Positions 56,229 through 64,000 of a stretch of DNA of 64,000 bases are shown piece after piece. Source of the DNA: a virus (taxonomy: Duplodnaviria > Caudoviricetes); the IMG/VR virus record IMGVR_UViG_3300028284_000003, positions 1 to 64,000 of that record; one strand, given 5' to 3'. The position numbers and the translations under genes are program-made. Each line of letters starts with the position of its first letter. Within the stretch, counting starts at the first letter, position 1. Under the pieces are notes generated by a model, which was not told where the DNA came from, searched no databases, and saw only the letters and a program-made list of their open reading frames with translations.

Positions 56229-57080
56229 TTATAAACCTAGTTCGTTCATTTCATCAATATCGATACCATGTGTATCAAACCACCAGTCTTTGTCTTTATC
56301 TTGGTGCTTTTCCTTAAGTCTAAGATACCTAAGTTTTGTTTTTTCTTGTCTTTCAACTTCTCTCTTAAAAAATGGATGATCCATATAACCATTATTATTG
56401 TATAAGATTCTAAGAAGTTTACGAAGTACATATCCTTGTTTCTGTGGACCTGGCTTATAACCAGAATCTGCTATCTTTAAAATAGTCTCTTCAAGTGTCT
56501 CGTTTGCACTCTTTACCTCAGTACCATTAACTATAGCCTCAAGTCTTTCAAGTCCAAACCCGACATCTATAAATTCATCTGACGTATTTACTATATTACC
56601 TATTTCTATTCCTTTATAGTAAAACTCTGTACAATAACCTCCCATTTCTCCATCGGTCCAAATACATTCGTCGTCTAATTTTAATGGAGTTTTATAAATA
56701 TCATACATCCATTTCCAATTATCAAACTTATCAGAATGAATTGTTGCACAGTCTACTTGGATTTTAAGTTCTTCTTGTACAAATTCCATCCAAAATTCAA
56801 CGGCTTGGTTAACTGTCATTTCTCCAAAACTAAAAAGACCTAACATGTTAAAGTATAAAAGATGGCTTCCATCTCCTATCTCGTCAATGTCCTGTAGTCT
56901 TAAACAGGATTGAACATTTGCAACTGTAGTATTATCTGGATTTTTAAAACGATCTTTAAACTGCTGCATGCCAGCAGGACAGAAAAGCGTTGTATCATCA
57001 TAGGGTCTTACATGATTATCCATTTGAAAAGCAATTCCTTTCTTTTCACAATATGTAATGTATTTTTGTAAAACGTTCAT
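56229..57080 (-). CDS. alaS: Truncated alanyl-tRNA synthetase (aminoacylation domain only)
   Basis: D.TTLF..AGMQQFK, Q.CLR..DIDEIG...H..F.MLG.FSFG, EIGN.V, IDVGFGLERL and GYVLRKLLR; only 283 aa. Confidence 0.8.
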   Translation of the reverse strand: MNVLQKYITYCEKKGIAFQMDNHVRPYDDTTLFCPAGMQQFKDRFKNPDNTTVANVQSCLRLQDIDEIGDGSHLLYFNMLGLFSFGEMTVNQAVEFWMEFVQEELKIQVDCATIHSDKFDNWKWMYDIYKTPLKLDDECIWTDGEMGGYCTEFYYKGIEIGNIVNTSDEFIDVGFGLERLEAIVNGTEVKSANETLEETILKIADSGYKPGPQKQGYVLRKLLRILYNNNGYMDHPFFKREVERQEKTKLRYLRLKEKHQDKDKDWWFDTHGIDIDEMNELGL

Positions 57081-57218
57081 CTATCTTCCTCCTCTACTAT
57101 AAGGCTTTTTATATTTTTTTGAATTTTTATTTTTTGAACTTGACTTAGCATGAACTCCTTTTCTTTTAATTTTTAGGCCATCCATGTTTCCATTTCCTTG
57201 TACTTTTACTCTTGACAT
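57081..57218 (-). CDS. Small, highly basic protein
   Basis: Manual translation MSRVKVQGNGNMDGLKIKRKGVHAKSSSKNKNSKKYKKPYSRGGR. Confidence 0.6.
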   Translation of the reverse strand: MSRVKVQGNGNMDGLKIKRKGVHAKSSSKNKNSKKYKKPYSRGGR

Positions 57219-57236
57219 TTTATTTAATTTAAATAT

Positions 57237-57461
57237 TTAACTTATTTGAGTTGCTGAAATACTTGACTTTTTAATATGTTCATTTAGTGCCTTACCTTGT
57301 GAATCAGCCAATGAAAACTTTTCATAAGTTTCTTGATTTACTGATTGATACATATAAGTAATTCCTGAATGAAAAGTTACAAGTAGTATTTCATCTTTAA
57401 AATTATATTGAGAAAGTTGAACCGTGCTTGATTCATAATATATTGTTTCTGTTAATTTCAT
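57237..57461 (-). CDS. KTSC-domain protein
   Basis: SS....YN...L.VTF.SG..Y.Y..V..Y..F..A.SQGK..N..IK. Confidence 0.85.
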   Translation of the reverse strand: MKLTETIYYESSTVQLSQYNFKDEILLVTFHSGITYMYQSVNQETYEKFSLADSQGKALNEHIKKSSISATQIS

Positions 57462-57466
57462 GTATA

Positions 57467-57492
57467 TTATATATGAAACTATGTGTTTGTTT
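57467..57492 (-). promoter_or_regulatory. AAAC-N16-ATATAA promoter
   Basis: Exact TTATAT-N16-GTTT. Confidence 0.65.
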
Positions 57493-60400
57493 AAATAGAC
57501 ACTCCTACTGTTTGAACTTGAACATCTCCTGATGTTAAAATATTTTGAAGTCTTTTTATTTCTGCAATAAGCAGCTGTTGATCCATAACGTTTATTGAGT
57601 TATTTGAAGTAGAACTTGCAGTTCCTTCAGAACCTGAACTTCCACCACCAAATAGTGCAGCTGCTCCAGATTTAATAGTATTCATTGCTCCATCTATAAA
57701 TGATTGATTTCCTTCTCTTGCTTCTTCGACTGTTCCACCAAAGTCTGCGATCATTAATGCAAGTTTCTCGACTGCTTTAATTAAATCATCACCAAGAGCT
57801 TCAATTGCATCTTCTCCTCCTTGTTCAGAAAGATATGCAAGTGCCTTAAACATATTTGAAGTTTCTACAATTGCTTCAATATCTAAATTATTTGTAGTTT
57901 CTCCAATCATTTGATAAGACTTAGCAACATGTCTTAAATCATCTTTAATATCACTTAAATCAAGATCTTCAAGATCTTCTATAAAGTTTAACATACTTGG
58001 GAAACCTTCAACATTTACTTGCCCTAGAGTTTGCATACTCTTTGAAATATCTTTAATTGCTTGTCCAACAATTACATGATTTCCAAATTTACCAGATTCT
58101 GCAATAAGATCTTCTGCATCGTCTAAATCTAAATCATCCATTCTTACAATAGCACTGCTTATTATTTTAAAAGCCATTGAAGTCTGTGTAAGAGTTGTTG
58201 GTATTTTTGATACCTTTTCAATAAACATAGACACGTTATTCAAAGATTCTGTCTCTTTACCCATTGCTATCATAGTGTCTATTCCTTGTTTTCCAAAACG
58301 AAACGCGTTGAAAAAACTTCTAATTCCTCCTGATACTGTGTAAACTGCATTACCGTCTACCTTTGAAAGTTCTTGTAAACTTTTTGCAAATTCTAATAAA
58401 AATTCGTTTATTTTTTTAGGAGCATCTGGTGCACTCTTATTAAATTCTGCCATTGCTTTAACTATGTTACCAAGAATTGGTGGCATTTGTTCAGCTATTG
58501 AAAGTCCCCTAGACGCGTCACCTTTTTCTTTCCAATCTTTATAAGTCTTTCCTATTGCTGCAAATCCTTCAACTAATGTAGCAACTAGTTTCATTATATT
58601 ACTTCCTACCTTTTTTAACATATTACCTTGGGTTAAATCTATTATCTTTGTAACCTTTTGAGGATTATTTGGATCCCCGTAAACGTTAAATTTAAGAGAT
58701 GCCATATCTCTCATTCCATTTGCAATTCCTCCAATTGCTCCTCCTAGTCCTTGTACCATTGAAATACCAGCTGCAACTGGATCTTTTTTGCCAGCACTCT
58801 TTATCATCTGCCATAAACTCTGCTCACCTTTATCGTATTTTTTACCAATATTTCCAAAAGCTCCACTTAATGATTCTACCATCATGGCTACGTTTGTATT
58901 AATCGCAGACATGGCAGCTCCATCTAGTGTAATAATTTCTTTTATACTTCCATCTGGATTATATGTTGGGAATTGTAGTTTCGCCATTTTTGACATTCCA
59001 AATGCAATGCTACTAAGAGCATTACCCATTCCCATTACACTCTGAATTCCTTGATAAACAAGTCCTCCACCTAACCCAAATAAACCAGCTCCTCCATATT
59101 CTTTACCTATTCTTGCAAATACATCTGCAAGGGTATTAATAATATTTTCCATTTGAATTGGGAATGTTTCATAATTTATGTCTAGTCCTTGGAATTTTTC
59201 AATTCCTTTACCTATAGTGACCATCGCAGCTCCTGCGACTAGCATTGCGCTTGAACCAACTAATATTGAGGCTGCTCTAATTGGATCCCACATAAACGAG
59301 TACCCGACTGCTGATAATAATTTTTCTAAATTAGAAACACTTCCTCCTAACAATCCTGTATCTCCACTAGGTGCTAACATGTTTTTCCAACCAGTTCCTT
59401 GAAATACCTTGCTCATTACCATTAAACCTGCTCCTATTACTACCAATGCTGTACCTGCAACTAGCATAGATGCTGCACCTGCTAATATTAATGGAGCAAC
59501 TGCACCTGCAGCTGCCATTGCTAAACCTAAGCCGACAATAGTTATACCAACCTGGGCTAAAAATTCCCATGGACTATCAAGTCCTTTTATTGCATCTGCG
59601 AATATTTTAATACCTAACGCTATTCCAATTAGTGCTAAGGCAGAAAATCCCATTACTAATGCACCTATATAAACATTACCAGCAAATTTACCAATAAGTG
59701 CAAATGCAAGACCTACGCCTATTACTGTCAACCCAACTAATCCAATTGTCATTAGAGTCTTCTCATCTGGTGGTAATAATACTGCAAACAGGGCCAATGA
59801 AACCCCTAGTGATAATATTGCTAGTCCTGTAAATACTAAAGCAGTTGACGCCTTTTCCATGGTCTTTGTAACTCCCATTTTTTCAAGAGCCATAAATGTG
59901 AGTCCAATAAGTGTTATAACTATTCCTGCTAATACTGCACCTACTATTGCAAATGGATAAACTAATGCTGAAAGTGCAAGTTTTATACCAAATTGTAAAA
60001 TGCTATTTCCAATATCACCTAATGCCTTTAAAGTATCTTGAGTCTCTTTATTCATTAATGGCTTAGATGCCCAAGCTAACGCCTTTGTTATTACAAATAT
60101 ACTGAGCGCAAAAAGAGGAGCCGCTATTACCCCTACTAATAATAGAGGAGTTGCTAGTAATAAATATCCTGCAAATTCAAGTATTGCCTTTCCAAGACCT
60201 TTAATAGCAACTAGGCCTGTGCCTATTGCTTCCATTTTTTCTTTAGCCTCTTCTCCGCTGGTAGACATTTTATCAATAACCTCAGCTATTGCACCGAATC
60301 CCTTTGCTATCGATGTTAGACCCTTTTCACCAAGTAGTCTCCAAGCCAAAGCTTCTTTCATAGTAAGTCCACCAAAAAGAGATACTCTTTCTACTTTAGA

Positions 60401-60541
60401 TTCTCTAGCATTTAATTGATTGATATTTTCTGCAATATCTTCAAGTAAATTGTACATTGGACCACCTGGATTTACAGAATCTGCAATTTCCCTCTGTGCC
60501 TCATAGCTTAATTTTTCAAATGGAGATTTAAACGCGCTCAA
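57491..60541 (-). CDS. Tape-measure-like protein
   Basis: 1016 aa, Ala/Gly-rich and helical with a long hydrophobic block; lies after tube and hub genes; TTG start. Confidence 0.65.
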   Translation of the reverse strand: MSAFKSPFEKLSYEAQREIADSVNPGGPMYNLLEDIAENINQLNARESKVERVSLFGGLTMKEALAWRLLGEKGLTSIAKGFGAIAEVIDKMSTSGEEAKEKMEAIGTGLVAIKGLGKAILEFAGYLLLATPLLLVGVIAAPLFALSIFVITKALAWASKPLMNKETQDTLKALGDIGNSILQFGIKLALSALVYPFAIVGAVLAGIVITLIGLTFMALEKMGVTKTMEKASTALVFTGLAILSLGVSLALFAVLLPPDEKTLMTIGLVGLTVIGVGLAFALIGKFAGNVYIGALVMGFSALALIGIALGIKIFADAIKGLDSPWEFLAQVGITIVGLGLAMAAAGAVAPLILAGAASMLVAGTALVVIGAGLMVMSKVFQGTGWKNMLAPSGDTGLLGGSVSNLEKLLSAVGYSFMWDPIRAASILVGSSAMLVAGAAMVTIGKGIEKFQGLDINYETFPIQMENIINTLADVFARIGKEYGGAGLFGLGGGLVYQGIQSVMGMGNALSSIAFGMSKMAKLQFPTYNPDGSIKEIITLDGAAMSAINTNVAMMVESLSGAFGNIGKKYDKGEQSLWQMIKSAGKKDPVAAGISMVQGLGGAIGGIANGMRDMASLKFNVYGDPNNPQKVTKIIDLTQGNMLKKVGSNIMKLVATLVEGFAAIGKTYKDWKEKGDASRGLSIAEQMPPILGNIVKAMAEFNKSAPDAPKKINEFLLEFAKSLQELSKVDGNAVYTVSGGIRSFFNAFRFGKQGIDTMIAMGKETESLNNVSMFIEKVSKIPTTLTQTSMAFKIISSAIVRMDDLDLDDAEDLIAESGKFGNHVIVGQAIKDISKSMQTLGQVNVEGFPSMLNFIEDLEDLDLSDIKDDLRHVAKSYQMIGETTNNLDIEAIVETSNMFKALAYLSEQGGEDAIEALGDDLIKAVEKLALMIADFGGTVEEAREGNQSFIDGAMNTIKSGAAALFGGGSSGSEGTASSTSNNSINVMDQQLLIAEIKRLQNILTSGDVQVQTVGVSI

Positions 60542-60562
60542 ATGTTTAACACTGTTTTTTCT

Positions 60563-60571
60563 TTATATATC
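60563..60571 (-). promoter_or_regulatory. GATATATAA late-type promoter motif
   Basis: Upstream of the tape-measure-like gene. Confidence 0.55.
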
Positions 60572-60901
60572 TTAGATTTTTGGCATTTTAACGCTTGGCA
60601 TCTTAGGAGATTTATATTGGCTCATATTTGGCATCTGTTTCTTATAATCACTATATTTCTCTTGCATTTGCTCATTCTGTTCTCCTTCTTTCTTCTGTTG
60701 ATTCTTTAAATGATCTGAAAGATTTTTAACATAATAGAAATACTCATAATAATCGAGATTATCTATTTCACTAGGCTGGAGATGTAAATGAAACCCCAGA
60801 TAGAATTTAGTCTTAAAGAAGTTCTCCAGCGAGATCTGAAATAATGAAAAGACTTTTGATTCCACCTGGGAACTGAAGAGGGACACTAACGTCTTCTCCA
60901 T
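60572..60901 (-). CDS. Baseplate hub / tail assembly chaperone (gp51-like); start uncertain
   Basis: H....SEIDNL.YYE...YV..L pattern; overlaps the upstream gene in the +1 frame. Confidence 0.55.
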   Translation of the reverse strand: MEKTLVSLFSSQVESKVFSLFQISLENFFKTKFYLGFHLHLQPSEIDNLDYYEYFYYVKNLSDHLKNQQKKEGEQNEQMQEKYSDYKKQMPNMSQYKSPKMPSVKMPKI

Positions 60902-61811
60902 CTACGTCTACTAACATTTCAGGCTCTGCGCCTATTTTCATTTTTTCTGCAAGTCTATAAGTCACCATATATTTCTTTTCATTCCATCCTTGGAATGCAA
61001 CCTCAGAATTAAATATTTCTGTTTGATTAAATCCTCTCCAATCAAGTTGAATGTATGGTAAGATTTGAATAAATGCTTGATCCCATCTTTTCTTCTTATC
61101 GTTTTGCTCTTTAATGTATTTTGTAACTTCTTCCATTACACCAATACAAGGTGGCTTCATTAAGATTTCACCTGAACTTTTAGTTTGAATTCTAAAACAT
61201 CTTGCAACAGCATCATAATACTTTTCAATTTCTGCTGGAATTTCAGTAGTAACAAAGTTTTTTGTGGCTAATTCAACATCTTTAGTTGTTCCATAACTAT
61301 TTTCAGCCTTTAACATTAATTTATTTTCAGCTTCCGGAAAAGTTAAATCTCTAATTTGTAAAAGAATTGCAATTCTATCTTCTTCTAAAAGATCTTTATA
61401 AGAAAGTTTCTTATTAGGAGATTCAATTCTCATACATGATTTAACAATACTATTTAATTTTTCTTCGATATCTAAAAGACTGTTTTCATTCATTGTTGAA
61501 AAATGTCTGATTTCAGTAACTTTTGCAGATCTAATAGAAATTTTAGTATCTTGTGGATAAAAACGTCCTCTAGAAAAAAGAGTTTCCATATCAACCGAGT
61601 GATAGCCTAAAACAAAATCAGACTTATCTGCCTTTTGAGTAGCATATCTTTCCATATTTACAGAACCTAAACCTTCTTTGTTAATTTTTTCTTCTATTGG
61701 ATCAACTGTTTCCATAGTTTCATTATTAGTAGCATCTGTATTTTCAAATGCTCCACCTTCTTGTTCTTTATCGTTTAAGAACTTTTCAAAATCTTTGTTG
61801 TCTTCACTCAT
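60813..61811 (-). CDS. Baseplate hub assembly protein (gp26-like)
   Basis: SRG.FY, IR...V.E and DLL.EDR..ILL.IR..T; position next to the tail tube gene. Confidence 0.6.
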   Translation of the reverse strand: MSEDNKDFEKFLNDKEQEGGAFENTDATNNETMETVDPIEEKINKEGLGSVNMERYATQKADKSDFVLGYHSVDMETLFSRGRFYPQDTKISIRSAKVTEIRHFSTMNENSLLDIEEKLNSIVKSCMRIESPNKKLSYKDLLEEDRIAILLQIRDLTFPEAENKLMLKAENSYGTTKDVELATKNFVTTEIPAEIEKYYDAVARCFRIQTKSSGEILMKPPCIGVMEEVTKYIKEQNDKKKRWDQAFIQILPYIQLDWRGFNQTEIFNSEVAFQGWNEKKYMVTYRLAEKMKIGAEPEMLVDVDGEDVSVPLQFPGGIKSLFIISDLAGELL

Positions 61812-61829
61812 ATCGATGTGTTTATTAAA

Positions 61830-61855
61830 TTATATACTTTAATTTTATTTTGTTT
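61830..61855 (-). promoter_or_regulatory. AAAC-N16-ATATAA promoter
   Basis: Exact TTATAT-N16-GTTT. Confidence 0.6.
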
Positions 61856-62042
61856 CAGAATTATTTTTTTTAATTTCATTTTGTATTAATTCTCTCACAA
61901 ACGCACTAACAGATTTAGGCCTTTGTTTTTCGGCCATGGCCTTACTTAATATAATATGATTAAGTTCTTCAAACTCTGGTTCAGTTAAAAGTACTTGAAT
62001 TTTTTTAATTAATTTATTTACTATGTAGTCTTCCTTTGACAT
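61845..62042 (-). CDS. Ribbon-helix-helix-like DNA-binding protein
   Basis: KIQVLLTE.E..L..SVSAFVRELI. Confidence 0.6.
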   Translation of the reverse strand: MSKEDYIVNKLIKKIQVLLTEPEFEELNHIILSKAMAEKQRPKSVSAFVRELIQNEIKKNNSETK

Positions 62043-62075
62043 ATTATTATAATATTATAATCTTTTTTCTAGATA

Positions 62076-62110
62076 AAAAATAGAGAAGACTTAAATCCTC
62101 TCTATATTTT
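62076..62110 (-). terminator. Probable terminator after the tail tube gene
   Basis: ATAGAGA..TCTCTAT stem with U-tract on the minus strand. Confidence 0.55.
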
Positions 62111-62120
62111 AATCTGTTTT

Positions 62121-62675
62121 TTAAACTAGTTCTTCTGCGAATGTGTCACATCTCCATACAACATCCATTGTTTGAGGTTCTCCATTTGCATAATCAAAAT
62201 CAGTACCTGGATTAACTGCAGAACTGATAAAGCAATCTTGTAGAGTTACTTTTCTGTAAATGTCACCTGCTCTGTTAAATTGAACTATAACAATTTGACC
62301 TACATAATCTTTTTTAAGACCTGTTTCTCCAGTTTCTGGATTATATTGAAGTCTATGCCAATCTCTTAACGTTTTATATACATACATTTGATTTGCATCA
62401 TTTAAGTTTAATGAAAATTGAACTGTAACGTCAATAAATGAATCAGCTGGAATACCTGCAAAGGATCTTGATGACCATTTAAATTTTTGAGCAACAGGAT
62501 CTCCTGCTTTATTAAGTTCTAAACCAGTAACTGTATTAACGTGTTGAATTAATAATTCTTGACCGCCAACACCTGCTGGTGGAAGAATAGTTATTTCAAA
62601 CATGTTCATTAATACTGGTTCAAAGTTCTTACCTTTCTTACTAGTTTGATCGTTTGAATAATGTGGTAATGCCAT
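62121..62675 (-). CDS. Tail tube protein (gp19-like)
   Basis: EP...N.FE, W..L.YNP.TG...K.DY and FNRAG...R..L motifs; follows the sheath gene. Confidence 0.85.
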   Translation of the reverse strand: MALPHYSNDQTSKKGKNFEPVLMNMFEITILPPAGVGGQELLIQHVNTVTGLELNKAGDPVAQKFKWSSRSFAGIPADSFIDVTVQFSLNLNDANQMYVYKTLRDWHRLQYNPETGETGLKKDYVGQIVIVQFNRAGDIYRKVTLQDCFISSAVNPGTDFDYANGEPQTMDVVWRCDTFAEELV

Positions 62676-62697
62676 TTTGTTTTTCTTTTATTTTTAA

Positions 62698-62706
62698 TTA
62701 TATATC
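62698..62706 (-). promoter_or_regulatory. GATATATAA late-type promoter motif
   Basis: Upstream of the tail tube gene. Confidence 0.55.
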
Positions 62707-62764
62707 TTTAAAATTTCTATAAAACTAAGAGGGTATGTTTCAACCCTCTTAATAAAATTTATTT

Positions 62765-64000
62765 TTAGAAGTTACCTGATGCGATTTCTCCAGTATTTAA
62801 GACTGTTGTTCTATGAACTATAATCTCTAAACCTTTAACTGGTTCAACAAATGTATCTAAGATACCGATATTATTATCGATAACTTCATTAGTATTGTTT
62901 GTTTGATCCATTACGTTTTTAAAAGCATATACCCCTTGATCAGAAAGAACTCCTTCCATAAATGAATCGGCTAAAGTTTTTATTTCTAATCTCGTCTGTG
63001 CTGTGTTAAATTCAAAAACATAACCTTTAAGAATATCTGCAATTCCGTTTTCTATAAAAATTAATACTTCTCTTACGTGAGCAGAACTTAAAGCTGATTT
63101 TACAGACTGCTGTGCAGTTTTATTACCTTTAATTACAAGACCAACTCCTCTTTCGAATACGATTGGGTTATAACCAAATGGTTCTAAGTTATCTCTATCT
63201 GATTTATCAAATGGATATTCAGCTCCAATTACATTAGTACCTGCAATAACTCCTCTTCTTGGACCTGCAACGATTGACCATGGTAATGAATCTGTAAATT
63301 TATCAATATAGTTATTTGATACATAAGCAGCTGGTGGAACAACTGTTATTTTTCCATTTTCTCTAACATTTAAACCAGGACCATAGTAGAATCCGTAGCT
63401 TGCACCGTCATTAATTGAAGGTAAAGAATATGTAGCTGTTGGATTTTGTGATAAATCACCTCCGTCTTTTACAAATCTTGTTTCAAAACTTTTAGTAGAT
63501 GCATCTTTAAAAGATGGATCTGTAGATTTTTTAAATTCTTCAACTGTTGGTGCATTTAAGATACAAGAAACATTTTGTCTCTCTTTTGCAATTTGAGTAA
63601 GTTCAACTTTGTTTAAAATACCAGCTTCATATGATCCAAAAGAATCTACGATATATCTTAAATCAATAACATCTCTATCAACTAATGCAGCTTTAACACC
63701 TCCGCTTGAGAATGCAGTTAAACAACCTAGAATTGTTTGATCCGCAATTGCTGCTTTAGGAAGATTAAACATTTTATATTCCGTTGCAACGCTTTCAAAT
63801 GATTTAACAGCAAGATCAGTAGCTGGATCAAATGCAGCATCAACTGGCTGTGAACAACTCACAGTATAAGTAGTTGGTGCAATACCTGATTGAGAAATTC
63901 TTGTTACTCTAGCTAAAGTATCAGTAGCAGCTGCTGGCATATAATCACCTACAGATAATGCTAATTCGTCATCATTTGCTGATGTAAATGTAAATGATGA
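62765..64000 (-). CDS. Contractile tail sheath protein (gp18-like), 5' part outside window
   Basis: VPPA, PW..AG.RRG, NPI, GNKT, VR, FEFN...R and NNT; frame open to the window edge. Confidence 0.92.
   Translation of the reverse strand, partial: SSFTFTSANDDELALSVGDYMPAAATDTLARVTRISQSGIAPTTYTVSCSQPVDAAFDPATDLAVKSFESVATEYKMFNLPKAAIADQTILGCLTAFSSGGVKAALVDRDVIDLRYIVDSFGSYEAGILNKVELTQIAKERQNVSCILNAPTVEEFKKSTDPSFKDASTKSFETRFVKDGGDLSQNPTATYSLPSINDGASYGFYYGPGLNVRENGKITVVPPAAYVSNNYIDKFTDSLPWSIVAGPRRGVIAGTNVIGAEYPFDKSDRDNLEPFGYNPIVFERGVGLVIKGNKTAQQSVKSALSSAHVREVLIFIENGIADILKGYVFEFNTAQTRLEIKTLADSFMEGVLSDQGVYAFKNVMDQTNNTNEVIDNNIGILDTFVEPVKGLEIIVHRTTVLNTGEIASGNF

Overview
This window looks like a segment of an AT-rich, T4-like jumbo myophage. 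It carries tail sheath, tail tube, baseplate-hub and tape-measure-like genes, an ATP-dependent DNA ligase, an endolysin and 9 tRNAs. Nearly all real genes are on the minus strand. The host is probably a marine Bacteroidota/Flavobacterium, judged from the Bacteroidota-type bL36, PckA, Hc1 and A-rich leaders without Shine-Dalgarno sites. Main highlights: (1) A compact locus at 6.3-13.6 kb places a collagen-like fibre gene directly downstream of a fused collagen-galactosyltransferase-like (GT25) / lysyl-hydroxylase-like (PLOD) enzyme, two sulfotransferases, two GT-like paralogues and PAPS-synthesis genes. This suggests a phage-encoded, animal-like pathway that hydroxylates, glycosylates and sulfates virion collagen. 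(2) About 14 proteins carry T4 capsid-targeting-like leaders, including two apparent protease-cleaved polyproteins and enzyme cargo (CCA-adding enzyme, ART-like, GNAT). (3) Three promoter classes can be read from the DNA: 10 long early-type repeats, 16 exact AAAC-N16-ATATAA sites that fit the encoded ECF sigma factor, and GATATATAA late-type sites. (4) The ORF track misses or under-calls a translation kit: a Cys-free ribosomal protein bL36, an ArfA-like peptide, a mini AlaRS and tRNAs lacking CCA. All family calls come from motif recognition by eye. No database searches were run.
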